Below are positions 46,327 to 58,092 of a DNA stretch of 64,000 nucleotides, piece after piece; within the stretch, counting starts at the first letter, position 1; the number at the start of each line of letters is the position of its first letter. The DNA is from an uncultured Actinomycetes bacterium. GTDB lineage: Bacteria > Actinomycetota > Actinomycetes > S36-B12. Made by a program: the position numbers and the translations under genes. The stretch is from the NCBI GenBank assembly GCA_963755335.1, contig CAVWJW010000008.1, positions 1,047,136 to 1,111,135 of the forward strand, read 5' to 3'. The notes under the pieces are model-generated. The model was given only the letters and a program-made list of their open reading frames with translations. It was not told the origin of the DNA and did not search any database.

Positions 46327-48296
46327 GTCAGCGCACTGTCACGCCACCGCCACGCTCGGGCGGCCCCTTCGGTGGCGGCGGCGGCCCGATGGGCGGCCTG
46401 CAGGGCGTCTCGGACGCCAAGGCGCAGGACTTCCGCGGCTCGCTGAAGCGGTTCTCCGGCCGGCTTCGGCCCGAGCGGATCGTCGTGGCCTTCGTCATCG
46501 TCCTGGCTGTCGCAAGCGTCTTCCTGGCCGTTCTCGGCCCGAAGATCCTCGGCAACGCAACGAACATCATCTTCGAGGGCTTCATCAGCTCGAAGCTGCC
46601 GTCCGGCATCACGCAGGCGCAGGCGGTCGCGGGCCTTCAGGCGGCCGGGCAGACGGATCAGGCGCAGATGGTCGCGTCGATGACGCTGACGCCCGGGGAG
46701 GGCGTCGACTTCAACGCGCTGGCACGAGTCCTCGCCCTGGCGACCCTCGTCTACGTGCTGAGCTCCCTGCTGAGCTGGGCGCAGAACTACCTCATGGCCG
46801 GCGTCACCCAGCGCACGATCTACCGCCTGCGCGAGGAGGTCGACGCGAAGCTCGGGCGGCTGCCCTTGCGGTACTTCGACTCCTCGTCGCGCGGCGACGT
46901 CCTGAGCCGCGTAACCAACGACATCGACAACATCTCGATGACGCTGCAGCAGACGCTGACGCAGCTCATCACGGCAGTGCTGACGGTCGTCGGCGTGCTC
47001 GGCATGATGTTCTGGATCAGCCCGCTCCTCGCGACGATTTCGCTGCTCACCGTGCCGTTGTCGTTCGTCGTGACGATGTTCATCGCCAAGCGATCGCAGC
47101 CGCACTTCATCTCGCAGTGGAAGTGGACCGGCCAGCTGAACGGCCACGTCGAGGAGACCTTCTCCGGGCATGATCTGGTGAAGGTCTTCGGTCACCGTGG
47201 GCAGTCGATCGCCGACTTCGACGTCGCCAACGAGCGCATGTACGAGAGCAGTTTCAAGGCGCAGTTCATCTCCGGGATCATCCAGCCGGCCCTGACGGTC
47301 ATCTCCAACCTGAACTACGTGGCGATCGCCGTCATCGGCGGCATGCAGGTCGCCACGGGCTCCATGTCACTGGGCGACGTGCAGGCGTTCATCCAGTACT
47401 CACGGCAGTTCACGATGCCGATCACGCAGATCGCCGGCGTGGCGAACATCCTGCAGTCGGGCATCGCGTCCGCGGAGCGGGTCTTCGAGCTGCTCGACGA
47501 GCAGGAGGAGTCCCCCGATCCCGAGCCGCCGGCCCGGATCGACGAGGTGTCCGGCCGCATCGCGTTCGAGGACGTGTCCTTCCGGTACCTCGAGGACGCT
47601 CCGCTGATCGAGGACTTCCGCCTCGAGGTGGAGCCCGGTGAGATCGTCGCCATCGTCGGGCCGACCGGTGCGGGCAAGACGACGCTGGTGAACCTCCTGA
47701 TGCGCTTCTACGACGTCGACTCCGGCCGGATCCTCATCGACGAGGTCCCGACCAAGACGATGACGCGCGATGACGTGCGTCGCACCTTCGGCATGGTGCT
47801 GCAGGACACCTGGCTGTTCGAGGGGACGATCCGCGACAACATCGCGTACGGCGACGGGTCCGCCAGCCCCGAGCAGGTCGAGTCGGCCGCGCGCGCCGCG
47901 CGCGTGGATCACTTCGTCCGAACCCTGCCCGACGGCTACGAGACGATGCTGACGGAGGGGGCCTCGAACATCAGTGCGGGCGAGCGTCAGCTGCTGACGA
48001 TCGCCCGGGCCTTCCTCGCCGACCCGGCGGTGCTCATCCTCGACGAGGCGACCAGCTCGGTCGACACCCGCACCGAGGTGCTGATCCAGCAGGCGATGGC
48101 GGACTTGCGGCACAACCGCACCAGCTTCGTGATCGCACATCGGCTCTCCACGATCCGCAACGCCGACGTCATCGTCGTGCTGGAGCAGGGACGGATCGTC
48201 GAGCAGGGCGACCATGACTCGCTCATCGAGTCTCGCGGCGCCTATTACCGGCTGTACCGCAGCCAGTTCGAGAATCCGGACGAGGAGTCCGCCTGA
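46323..48296 (+). CDS. ABC exporter, fused permease/ATP-binding subunit (heterodimer partner 2)
   Basis: The ATG at 46323 overlaps the upstream stop (ATGA). It has a Gly-rich N-terminus, six TM helices, GPTGAGKTT, ISAGERQLLTIAR and LILDEATSSVD. Confidence 0.85.
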   Translation: MSQRTVTPPPRSGGPFGGGGGPMGGLQGVSDAKAQDFRGSLKRFSGRLRPERIVVAFVIVLAVASVFLAVLGPKILGNATNIIFEGFISSKLPSGITQAQAVAGLQAAGQTDQAQMVASMTLTPGEGVDFNALARVLALATLVYVLSSLLSWAQNYLMAGVTQRTIYRLREEVDAKLGRLPLRYFDSSSRGDVLSRVTNDIDNISMTLQQTLTQLITAVLTVVGVLGMMFWISPLLATISLLTVPLSFVVTMFIAKRSQPHFISQWKWTGQLNGHVEETFSGHDLVKVFGHRGQSIADFDVANERMYESSFKAQFISGIIQPALTVISNLNYVAIAVIGGMQVATGSMSLGDVQAFIQYSRQFTMPITQIAGVANILQSGIASAERVFELLDEQEESPDPEPPARIDEVSGRIAFEDVSFRYLEDAPLIEDFRLEVEPGEIVAIVGPTGAGKTTLVNLLMRFYDVDSGRILIDEVPTKTMTRDDVRRTFGMVLQDTWLFEGTIRDNIAYGDGSASPEQVESAARAARVDHFVRTLPDGYETMLTEGASNISAGERQLLTIARAFLADPAVLILDEATSSVDTRTEVLIQQAMADLRHNRTSFVIAHRLSTIRNADVIVVLEQGRIVEQGDHDSLIESRGAYYRLYRSQFENPDEESA

Positions 48297-48300
48297 GCGG

Positions 48301-48660
48301 TCAGGCCTCCGCGATCGCAGCGATGGAGACCTTCAGACCAGGAATCCGGACGGGGAGCTTCGCGCCCTGCCGAGCCTGCGGGTCGGTCGGGAACCACCGC
48401 TGCCACTCCTCGTTCATCCCAGCGAAGTCGTCCTCGTCGGCGAGCACCACCGTGGCGCTGACGATCCCGTCGAGCGAGCTGCCCGCGGCCACGAGGATCG
48501 CCCGGATGTTGATCAGGCACTGACGGGTCTGCTCCTGGATCCTGACGCCGGTGATGGCGCCGATGGCCGGGCCGGCCGGGGCCGTGCCCCAGACGAAGAC
48601 AAGGCCCGCGGCCCGGACCGCCTGGCTGTAGGCCGGCGGGGGAGCGGCGGCCTCTGGACT
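48301..48660 (-). pseudogene. RidA/YjgF-family gene lacking a usable start (5-prime truncated)
   Basis: The open frame ...PPAYSQAVRAAGLVFVWG...QTRQCLINIRAILVAAGSSLDGIVSATVVL.DEDDFAGMNEEW...ARQGAKLPVRIPGLKVSIAAIAEA is bounded upstream by an in-frame TGA at 48661-48663. No start codon occurs before the GTG at 48492. Confidence 0.55.
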
Positions 48661-48671
48661 TCAGCGCGCCG

Positions 48672-50688
<2,017 letters not shown>

Positions 50689-50702
<14 letters not shown>

Positions 50703-50733
50703 GGCGGCGAAGGAGCACGCGCGCAGACGTCAT
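50689..50733 (-). promoter_or_regulatory. candidate leuA leader peptide MTSARVLLRRRDEA
   Basis: Minus-strand sequence ATG ACG TCT GCG CGC GTG CTC CTT CGC CGC CGC GAC GAG GCC TAA. Its GTGCTCCT (Val-Leu-Leu codons, 50711-50718) is the exact complement of AGGAGCAC in the leuA Shine-Dalgarno region (50614-50621). Confidence 0.45.
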
Positions 50734-50861
50734 GGTGGGGGAATGCTAGCAGGTGGCCGCGCCACGGGGAAAAGTCGATTCTTGTCGGGCAGGACTCCGA
50801 GGCACTGCGTCACTACTGTGGCCACAACGCGGGGGGCGTGGGGGCTTTTTTGGGGGGCAAA

Positions 50862-51002
50862 GTGAAGCGAATCGGACTTTGCGGCGTCAGCGTCCGCACG
50901 TACCCGGTCAAGAGCACGTTCGTGATCCTCGACGCCCAGTTCACCACTGACGCCGATGTCGAGATGGTCAACCGCAGCCTCGCGTCGCTGGTCGTGAACT
51001 AG
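50862..51002 (+). CDS. small hypothetical protein (46 aa)
   Basis: GTG start after a G-rich RBS-like run. Translation VKRIGLCGVSVRTYPVKSTFVILDAQFTTDADVEMVNRSLASLVVN. GC3 is very high, which suggests it is coding. No homology was recognised. Confidence 0.3.
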   Translation: MKRIGLCGVSVRTYPVKSTFVILDAQFTTDADVEMVNRSLASLVVN

Positions 51003-51028
51003 TCGAGGCAGAGACGACGGGGGCCGAT

Positions 51029-51442
51029 ATGACGACGAATGCGCTGGAAGCACTGGGCGCGGCGAAGTACATCTCGCTCACGACCTTCCGCAAGGACGGA
51101 TCGGGCGTGGCCACCCCGGTGTGGCTGGTGCGCGACGGCGACGCCCTCGTCGTCGTCACCGATCCCGGGTCGGGCAAGGTCAAGCGGCTGAGCAGCAATC
51201 CGGCCGTCCTCGTGTCGCCGTGCGACATGCGCGGGCGGGTCAAGCCCGGCGCGGTGTCGGTGCCCGGAACGGTGACGCTGCAGGACGAGGCGGACAGCAC
51301 GCGGACGCTCGAACTGATCACCAGGCGCTACGGACTGATGGGCCGGATCCTCGGCAGGACGAACGAGCGTCGATCCCGCAAGGCGGGCAAAGAGACTGGC
51401 ACGCATCAGGGACTGACGATCAGGCTGACGGAAGCTCCGTGA
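51029..51442 (+). CDS. PPOX-class (pyridoxamine 5-phosphate oxidase-like) probable F420-dependent enzyme
   Basis: Translation ...AKYISLTTFRKDGSGVATPVWLVRDGDALVVVT...GKVKRL..NP.V.V.PCD.RG, typical of the small split-barrel PPOX family. Confidence 0.7.
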   Translation: MTTNALEALGAAKYISLTTFRKDGSGVATPVWLVRDGDALVVVTDPGSGKVKRLSSNPAVLVSPCDMRGRVKPGAVSVPGTVTLQDEADSTRTLELITRRYGLMGRILGRTNERRSRKAGKETGTHQGLTIRLTEAP

Positions 51443-51677
51443 TCGCCGCGGTCGATCGGCTCGACCCGCGCCGGCCGAAGGCGAAGTAGGAGATCGGCCC
51501 GACGAAGTTGACCGCGATGGCAGCGGCCCACGCCAGCCTCGGTCCGCGTACCGACGCGGCAGGCCGGCGCGCGAGGTCGACCCATGCCGTGGCCGCGAGG
51601 GCCATTTGGACGCTTGCCATGACCAGCACTCCGGTCTGCTGGGCCGGGGTGAGGTCGCTCCATCGCTTCTTGTTCAT
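51420..51677 (-). CDS. PLD nuclease N-terminal (PLDc_N) domain small membrane protein
   Basis: Translation MNKKRWSDLTPAQQTGVLVMASVQMALAATAWVDLARRP...WAAAIAVNFVGPISYFAFGRR. Confidence 0.6.
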   Translation of the reverse strand: MNKKRWSDLTPAQQTGVLVMASVQMALAATAWVDLARRPAASVRGPRLAWAAAIAVNFVGPISYFAFGRRGSSRSTAAITELPSA

Positions 51678-51748
51678 CGGTTCCTCCCTGTTCCACCCTG
51701 CAGGACGCGGCTCGTTGATGCCACCCGACGGGAACTAGTCTTCGGGCC

Positions 51749-52807
51749 ATGTCACGGACCCTTTCCCTTGCCCTCATCCCCGGCGACGGCATCGGCACCG
51801 AGGTGGTCGCCGAGGCCATGAAGGTGCTCGACGCCATCGCCCCGGCGGCCGGCCTTGACGTGCAGTCCACCGAGTACGACCTCGGTGCGCGCCGCTACAA
51901 CGCCACCGGCGAGCTGCTGCCCGACTCCGTCGTCGAGGAACTGCGCGGCTACGACGCGATCCTGCTCGGGGCCATCGGCGACCCGTCCGTCGCGCCCGGC
52001 ATCCTCGAGCGCGGGGTGCTGCTGCCCCTGCGCTTCGCGCTGCAGCAGTACGTGAACCTACGTCCGGTGAAGCTCTACCCCGGCGTGGCGGGTCCCCTTG
52101 CCGGAAAGGGTCCGAAGGAGATCGACTTCATCGTGTGCCGTGAGGGCACCGAGGGCCCCTATGCGGGTGCCGGTGGCGGCCTACGCGTGGGCACGCCCGA
52201 CGAGATCTCGACCGAGGTGTCCATCAACACGTATCTCGGTGCCGAACGGATCATCCGCGACGCGTTCGAGCGGGCTGGCAAGCGCCGCGGCAAGGTCTCA
52301 CTCGTCCACAAGACGAACGTGCTCGTATACGCGGGCAAGACCTGGGCCCGCGCCTTCGCCGATGTGGCGGCCGAGTACCCGGACATCGAGACCGACTACT
52401 ACCACGTCGACGCGGCGTCGATGTTCTTCCTGACGCAGCCGGAGCGGTTCGACGTTGTCGTCACCGACAACCTGTTCGGCGACATCATCACCGACATCGG
52501 CGCGGCTATCGTCGGGGGGATGGGCCTGGCCGCCAGCGGCAGCATCGACCCGACGCGGCGCAACGCCAGCACCTTCGAGCCGGTCCATGGCTCGGCACCG
52601 GACATCGCCGGGCAGGGCAAGGCCGACCCGATCGCCCAGGTCCTGTCGCTGTCCATGCTCCTCGATCATGTGGGGGCGGAGGACGCTGCGGCCTGGGTCG
52701 AGTCGGCCGTTGCCGCGGACCTCGCCACCCGTGGCGACGCGGTGCGCAGCACGTCGCAGATCGGCGACGCCCTGGCGTCGGGGGCACTCGCCGCGTCGAA
52801 GGGGTAG
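51749..52807 (+). CDS. leuB: 3-isopropylmalate dehydrogenase
   Basis: Translation [13 protein letters not shown]...[12 protein letters not shown]...[24 protein letters not shown]...[17 protein letters not shown]. Confidence 0.95.
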   Translation: MSRTLSLALIPGDGIGTEVVAEAMKVLDAIAPAAGLDVQSTEYDLGARRYNATGELLPDSVVEELRGYDAILLGAIGDPSVAPGILERGVLLPLRFALQQYVNLRPVKLYPGVAGPLAGKGPKEIDFIVCREGTEGPYAGAGGGLRVGTPDEISTEVSINTYLGAERIIRDAFERAGKRRGKVSLVHKTNVLVYAGKTWARAFADVAAEYPDIETDYYHVDAASMFFLTQPERFDVVVTDNLFGDIITDIGAAIVGGMGLAASGSIDPTRRNASTFEPVHGSAPDIAGQGKADPIAQVLSLSMLLDHVGAEDAAAWVESAVAADLATRGDAVRSTSQIGDALASGALAASKG

Positions 52808-52845
52808 TTTTCCGCCATGACGACCACCGACACGGGCACCGCCTT

Positions 52846-53940
52846 GTGGCCCATCGACGCTCCACCCGTCCGACTCACCCGGCGTCCGCCGAGGCCCGCG
52901 CTGCGGTACTCGCCGACCCGGGCTTCGGCAGGTCGTTCACCGACAATCTCGTCCGCGCGACATGGACGCAGGACGAGGGCTGGCACGACGCCCGGCTCGA
53001 GGCTTACGCCCCGCTCCTCCTGGACCCGGCCACCAACTTCATGCACTACGGCCAGGCGATCTTCGAGGGCCTCAAGGCGTATCGGCACGCCGACGGCTCC
53101 ATCCGCACCTTCCGCCCGACCCAGAACGCCGAGCGGTTCGCGAACTCCGCCCGTCGCCTGGCGATGGCCGAGCTGCCGACCGAGCTGTTCCTCGGCTCCA
53201 TCGAGGCATTGGTGCGCCAGGACCGCGATTGGGTGCCCGAGGGTCGCGAGAAGTCGCTGTACCTGCGGCCGTTCATGATCTCCACCGAGATCGGGCTCGG
53301 GGTGCGCCCCGCGAACCGGTACGAGTACCTGCTCATCGCGTCCCCGGCGGGCGCCTACTTCCCCCGTGGCGTGAAGCCGGTCAGCGTGTGGCTGTCCGAC
53401 GACTACGTGCGGGCTGCACCGGGCGGTACCGGCGAGGCCAAGTGCGCGGGCAACTACGCGGCGTCCCTCGTGGCGCAGGCCGAGGCCGCGCAGCATGGCT
53501 GCGACCAGGTCGTCTGGCTGGATGCCGTCGAGCGGACCTGGATCGAGGAGATGGGGGGCATGAACCTCTACTTCGTGCTCGGCGAGGGCGACTCCGCGCG
53601 CCTGGTCACCCCCGAGCTCACCGGGTCGCTGCTCCCTGGCATCACGCGATCCTCCCTGCTGACCGTGGCCGGGGACCTCGGCATCCGTGCCGAGGAGGGC
53701 CGCATCAGCGTCGACCAGTGGCGCGAGGGCTGTGCCAGCGGCGAGATCTCCGAGGTCTTCGCCTGTGGCACCGCGGCGGTCATCACACCGGTCGGCGAGG
53801 TCAAGTCGCGCACGAGCGGTGCGTGGACGGTCGGTGAGGGCGGCACGGGCCCGGTCACCGCGCGCCTGCGTCAGGCACTGCTCGACATCCAGACCGGTGA
53901 GGTCCCCGACCGGCACAACTGGCTGCACACCATCTGCTGA
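52846..53940 (+). CDS. ilvE: branched-chain amino acid aminotransferase
   Basis: Translation ...ADPGFGRSFTDN...HYGQAIFEGLKAYRHADGSI..FRP..NAERF..SARRLAM...EAKCAGNYAASL...GGMNLYFV. The N-terminus is uncertain: an ATG at 52817 in another frame could be the true start if a further +1 event lies near 52870. Confidence 0.9.
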   Translation: MAHRRSTRPTHPASAEARAAVLADPGFGRSFTDNLVRATWTQDEGWHDARLEAYAPLLLDPATNFMHYGQAIFEGLKAYRHADGSIRTFRPTQNAERFANSARRLAMAELPTELFLGSIEALVRQDRDWVPEGREKSLYLRPFMISTEIGLGVRPANRYEYLLIASPAGAYFPRGVKPVSVWLSDDYVRAAPGGTGEAKCAGNYAASLVAQAEAAQHGCDQVVWLDAVERTWIEEMGGMNLYFVLGEGDSARLVTPELTGSLLPGITRSSLLTVAGDLGIRAEEGRISVDQWREGCASGEISEVFACGTAAVITPVGEVKSRTSGAWTVGEGGTGPVTARLRQALLDIQTGEVPDRHNWLHTIC

Positions 53941-53971
53941 CGCTGCAGACGGGGTGTGGCAGGATGGAGCC

Positions 53972-54001
53972 GTGTTCAGCTCCGCCATCATCATTAACTA
54001 G
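53972..54001 (+). promoter_or_regulatory. candidate leader peptide MFSSAIIIN (three consecutive Ile codons) upstream of cimA
   Basis: Sequence GTG TTC AGC TCC GCC ATC ATC ATT AAC TAG. An AGGA lies 7 nt upstream. The stop codon abuts a perfect 10-bp hairpin. Confidence 0.55.
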
Positions 54002-54024
54002 CGCGTCGACTCCCGTCGACGCGC
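54001..54024 (+). promoter_or_regulatory. perfect hairpin immediately after the leader stop codon (attenuator helix 1:2)
   Basis: gcgcgtcgac, then tccc, then gtcgacgcgc. Confidence 0.55.
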
Positions 54025-54056
54025 AGCCCTTCGCACCCGCGGGGGGCTTTTTCGTT
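54025..54056 (+). terminator. attenuator-type intrinsic terminator upstream of cimA
   Basis: agcccttcgc (54025-54034), loop accc, then gcggggggct (54039-54048), where the final t starts the tttttcgtt run. The stem is 10 bp including two G-U pairs. The 3-prime part is nearly identical to the ilvB attenuator tail. Confidence 0.6.
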
Positions 54057-54093
54057 GGCAGGACCACGCACGCACCGACCGTAAGGACCGCTC

Positions 54094-55689
54094 ATGCCTC
54101 GTCCCGACGACTTCCACGTCTACGACACCACGCTGCGCGACGGGGCCCAGCGCGAGGGGATCTCCTACTCGGTCGCCGACAAGCTGACCGTGGCCCGCCT
54201 GCTCGACGACTACGGGGTCGGGTTCATCGAGGGTGGCTGGCCCGGTGCGATGCCCAAGGACACCGAGTTCTTCGAGCGGGCCCGCACCGAGCTGCAGCTG
54301 AAGAACGCCGAGCTCGTCGCGTTCGGCGCGACCCGCAAGGCCGGGGTGAAGGTGCATGAGGACCTGCAGGTCAAGGCTCTACTCGACTCGATGGCGCCGG
54401 TGATCACGCTGGTCGCCAAGTCGGACGTTCGCCATGTCAAGGAGGCGTTGCGGACGACCAACGAGGAGAACCTCGCGATGGTCAAGGACACGGTCGCCTT
54501 CCTCGTCGGGGAGGGCCGCAAGGTCTTCGTCGACATGGAGCACTTCTTCGACGGCTACAAGCACGATCGGGACTACGGCGTCAGCCTGCTGGTCGCGGCG
54601 GCCGAGGCCGGTGCCGCCGTGGGCGTCATGTGCGACACCAACGGCGGGATGCTGCCGTTCGGGATGTACGAGATCGTCACCGACGTCAAGGAGCGGTCGG
54701 GCGTCCGCCTGGGCATCCACTGCCAGGACGACACCGGTTGCGCGATCGCGAACTCGGTCACGGCCGTCGAGGCTGGTGTCACGCACGTGCAGTGCACCGC
54801 GAACGGCTACGGCGAGCGAACCGGCAACGCCGACCTGTTCGTGGTCGTGCCGAACCTGCAGCTGAAGCTCGGGATCGACTGCCTGCCCGACGGGAAGCTC
54901 GCCGAGACGGTGCTGGTGTCGCGTGCGATCGCCGAGATCGCGAACATCGCGCCCAACACGCATCAGCCGTACGCCGGCTGGGCGTCCTTCGCGCACAAGG
55001 CCGGGCTCCATGCGAGCGCGCTGAAGGTGAACGCGGAGCTGTACAACCACATCGACCCAGCGGTCGTCGGCAACGAGCAGAACGTCCTCGTCACGGAGAT
55101 GGCCGGGCCGGGCGTCCATCGAGCTGAAGGGCGCCGAGCTGGGCCACGACCTGTCGACGAGCCCCGAGATCGTCACGGCCGTGGTGGAGCAGGTGAAGGA
55201 CCTGGAGTCGCAGGGCTGGACATTCGAGGCGGCCGACGCGTCGTTCGAGCTGCTCATCCTCGACGCCCAGGGAGTCGAGGTGTCCTTCCAGGTCGAGTCG
55301 TGGCGCACGATCGTGGAGCAGGACGTGAACGGCGAGGTCAAGTGCGAGGCCACCGTCAAGCTCCACATCGACGGCGAGCGGCATCATCTCCACGGCCGAG
55401 GGCAACGGTCCGGTCAACGCGCTCGACCGCGCAGTCAGGCGTGCCATCGTGCGCGTGTACCCGCGATCTCGACACTCTTCGACTGACGGACTACAAGGTG
55501 CGCATCCTCGACGAGAAGTCGGGCACGGGCGCGAAGACCCGCGTGCTCATCGGCACGACCGACGGCAAGGACACCTGGAGCACCGTCGGAGTGCACGAGA
55601 ACGTCATCGCCGCGTCGTGGCGCGCTCTCGAGGACGCGGTCAAGTTCGGCCTGCTGCGGCACGACGCACGGTCCAACGGCCACGCCTAG
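54094..55689 (+). pseudogene. cimA: citramalate synthase (CimA, LeuA-family), three +1 frame disruptions
   Basis: The protein reads FHVYDTTLRDGAQREGISYSVADKL.VARLLDDYGVGFIEGGWPGAMPKD.EFF...HCQDDTGCAIANS...CTANGYGERTGNA...VTEMAG. It continues in the next frame as RASIELKGAELGHDL...VEQVKDLESQGWTFEAADASFELL...HIDGER, then as IISTAEGNGPVNALDRAVRRAIVRVYP, then as LDTLRLTDYKVRILDE...ALEDAVKFGLL. The switches are at 55105-55107, 55380-55381 and about 55461-55466. Confidence 0.8.
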
Positions 55690-55702
55690 ATAGGGTCGCT
55701 GC

Positions 55703-56465
55703 GTGCGCATCTGCCGAGTCGCTGTCGACGACGATCTCTACTTCGGGCTGATCGAGGGCGAGGCCGTCGTGCTGCTCGCCGGCCATCCCTTCGGTGAGCT
55801 CGCCCCCGAGGGTCGGGTCCTGCCGCTGGCCGACGTGCGGCTGGTCGCCCCAGTGCTGCCCAGCAAGATCATCGCGGTGGGGCGCAACTATGTCGACCAT
55901 GCCAAGGAGATTGGGCAACACCGTCCCGGCCGCGCCGATGATCTTCCTGAAGCCGAGCACGGCGATCGTCGGCCCGGCCGAGCCGATCGCTCTGCCATGG
56001 CAGTCGGAGCAGGTCGAGCACGAGGCCGAGCTGGCTGTCGTCATCGGCCGGCTGTGCCGCGAGGTTCCCGAGGAGCGTGTTCCCGAGGTGATCCTCGGGT
56101 ACACCTGCGCAAACGACGTCACGGCGCGCGACCTGCAGAAGATCGACGGGCAGTGGGGCCGGGCCAAGGGCTTCGACTCGTTCTGCCCGATCGGCCCGTG
56201 GATCGAGACCGCCGTCGACCTCGATGACGCCGTCATCACCTGTCGGGTCAACGACGACCTGCGCCAGGACGGCGTGCTCGGCGACATGGTGCGCGGCGTC
56301 CCCGAGCTGGTGTCGTGGATCAGCTCGGTCATGACGCTGCTCCCGGGCGATGTGATCCTCACCGGCACCCCTGCCGGGGTGGGCGCTCTCACCGCAGGCG
56401 ACGTCGTCTCGGTCTCCATCGATGGCATTGGCACACTGACGAATCCGGTGATTGATCGTGACTGA
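55703..56465 (+). pseudogene. fumarylacetoacetate hydrolase (FAH) family protein, one +1 frame disruption
   Basis: ...PSKIIAVGRNYVDHAKEIG is followed in the next frame by NTVPAAPMIFLKPSTAIVGP...HEAELAVVIG...ANDVTARD...GKGFDSFCPIGPW...TLLPGDVILTGTPAGVG. The switch is in the ggg run at 55913-55915. Confidence 0.8.
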
Positions 56466-57942
56466 CGTACGCGTCCGCTTCTGCCCGTCGCCCACCGGGA
56501 ACCCGCATGTGGGGATGATCCGCACGGCCCTGTTCAACTGGGCGTTCGCCCGGCACACCGGGGGCACGTTCGTCTTCCGCATCGAGGACACCGACAGCGC
56601 GCGCGACAGCGAGGAGTCCTACGAGGCCCTGCTCGGCGCGATGCGCTGGCTCGGCCTGCACTGGGACGAGGGTCCCGAGGTGGGCGGCCCGTACGGTCCC
56701 TACCGCCAGTCAGAGCGCATGCGTCAGGGGCTCTACTCCGACGTCGCCGAGCGGCTGCTCGCCGGCGGCTATGCGTACCACTGCTACTGCTCGCCCGAGG
56801 AGCTCGATGCCCGGCGTGAGCTCGCCATGGCCGAGAAGCGGCCGCCGGGCTACGACGGTCATTGCCGGGCCCTGACCGACGAGCAGGTCGCCGGCTACCG
56901 GGCCGAGGGACGTGCGCCGGTAGTCCGGTTCCGGATGCCCGACGTCGACTGCACGTGGGACGACCTCGTTCGGGGGCCGATCACGTTCGCGGCCGACCAG
57001 GTGCCCGACTTCGTGCTCGTGCGGGCCAACGGCGAGCCGCTGTACACCCTCGTCAACCCCGTCGACGACGCCCAGATGCGGATCACGCACGTTCTGCGCG
57101 GTGAGGACCTGCTCTCCTCCACGCCCCGTCAGATCGCGCTCTACGACGCCTTGGCCCAGATCGGCGTCAGCGACGGCACGACACCGCGCTTCGGCCACCT
57201 GCCGTACGTGATGGGCGAGGGCAACCGCAAGCTGTCCAAGCGCGATCCGGAGTCCTCGCTGCAGATGTACCGCGACCAGGGCTACCTCCCCGAGGGCCTG
57301 CTCAACTACCTGGCGCTGCTCGGCTGGTCGATGGGCGAGGATCGGGAGTTCTTCTCCAAGGAGGAACTGGCGGCGGCGTTCACCCTCGAACGGGTGAGCC
57401 AGAATCCCGCCCGCTTCGACCTCAAGAAGTGCACCTCGATCAACGGCGACTGGATGCGCACGCTGTCGAGCGAGGAGCTTGCGACCCGGATCGTCCCCTA
57501 CCTGGCGGCTGCCGGCGTAGTGTCGGAGCCGCTCACGGCTCGCGAGTCGGACGTGCTCGCCGCGGCGGTGCCGCTGGTGCACGAGCGGATGGAGACGCTC
57601 AGCCAGTCGGTGCCGATGCTTGCCTTCCTCCTCGTCCCCGAGGAGCGGTTCTCGGTGGATGCGGCCGACGCCGCCGCCGTCCTCACGCCCGAGACGCAGC
57701 CGGTCATCGACGCGTCGATCACCGCGCTCACGGCTCTCGAGGAGTGGACGGCACCGGCGATCGAGGGGGCCCTTCGGGCGGCGCTCATCGACGGTCTCGG
57801 GCTGAAGCCCAAGGTGGCCTTCGGCCCGGTTCGCGTTGCGGTCACGGGACGTCGGGTGTCCCCACCGCTGTTCGAGTCACTCGAGATCCTGGGCAAGCCG
57901 GTCGCCCTCGCACGCCTCTCGGGGGTGCATGCAGACGGGTGA
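56458..57942 (+). CDS. gltX: glutamate--tRNA ligase
   Basis: Translation [25 protein letters not shown] (HIGH)...KLSKRD (KMSKS). The GTG at 56458 overlaps the end of the FAH gene. Confidence 0.95.
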   Translation: MTDVRVRFCPSPTGNPHVGMIRTALFNWAFARHTGGTFVFRIEDTDSARDSEESYEALLGAMRWLGLHWDEGPEVGGPYGPYRQSERMRQGLYSDVAERLLAGGYAYHCYCSPEELDARRELAMAEKRPPGYDGHCRALTDEQVAGYRAEGRAPVVRFRMPDVDCTWDDLVRGPITFAADQVPDFVLVRANGEPLYTLVNPVDDAQMRITHVLRGEDLLSSTPRQIALYDALAQIGVSDGTTPRFGHLPYVMGEGNRKLSKRDPESSLQMYRDQGYLPEGLLNYLALLGWSMGEDREFFSKEELAAAFTLERVSQNPARFDLKKCTSINGDWMRTLSSEELATRIVPYLAAAGVVSEPLTARESDVLAAAVPLVHERMETLSQSVPMLAFLLVPEERFSVDAADAAAVLTPETQPVIDASITALTALEEWTAPAIEGALRAALIDGLGLKPKVAFGPVRVAVTGRRVSPPLFESLEILGKPVALARLSGVHADG

Positions 57943-58020
57943 GACAAGGCCGGGGGAGGAGCACTGACGGCGTCGTCTATACTTCTCCAGCCAGTCAAGA
58001 AGCCGAGCAATCGGCAGCCT

Positions 58021-58092
58021 TGGGGTATGGGGTAATTGGCAGCCCAACTGATTCTGGTTCAGTTAGTCTAGGTTCGAGTCCTGGTACCCCAG
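58021..58092 (+). tRNA. tRNA-Gln (anticodon CTG)
   Basis: Cloverleaf read by eye. Acceptor tggggta/tacccca. Anticodon arm actga-ttCTGgt-tcagt. T-arm ggttcgagtcc. CCA is not encoded. Confidence 0.9.

Noticed and set aside
53964-54359. ORF 53964..54359 (MEPCSAPPSSLTSAST...) as a protein-coding gene upstream of or overlapping cimA
   Set aside because: It runs through the hairpin and terminator and then out of frame into cimA, and gives a low-complexity translation. The 9-codon Ile-rich ORF in another frame explains the region better.
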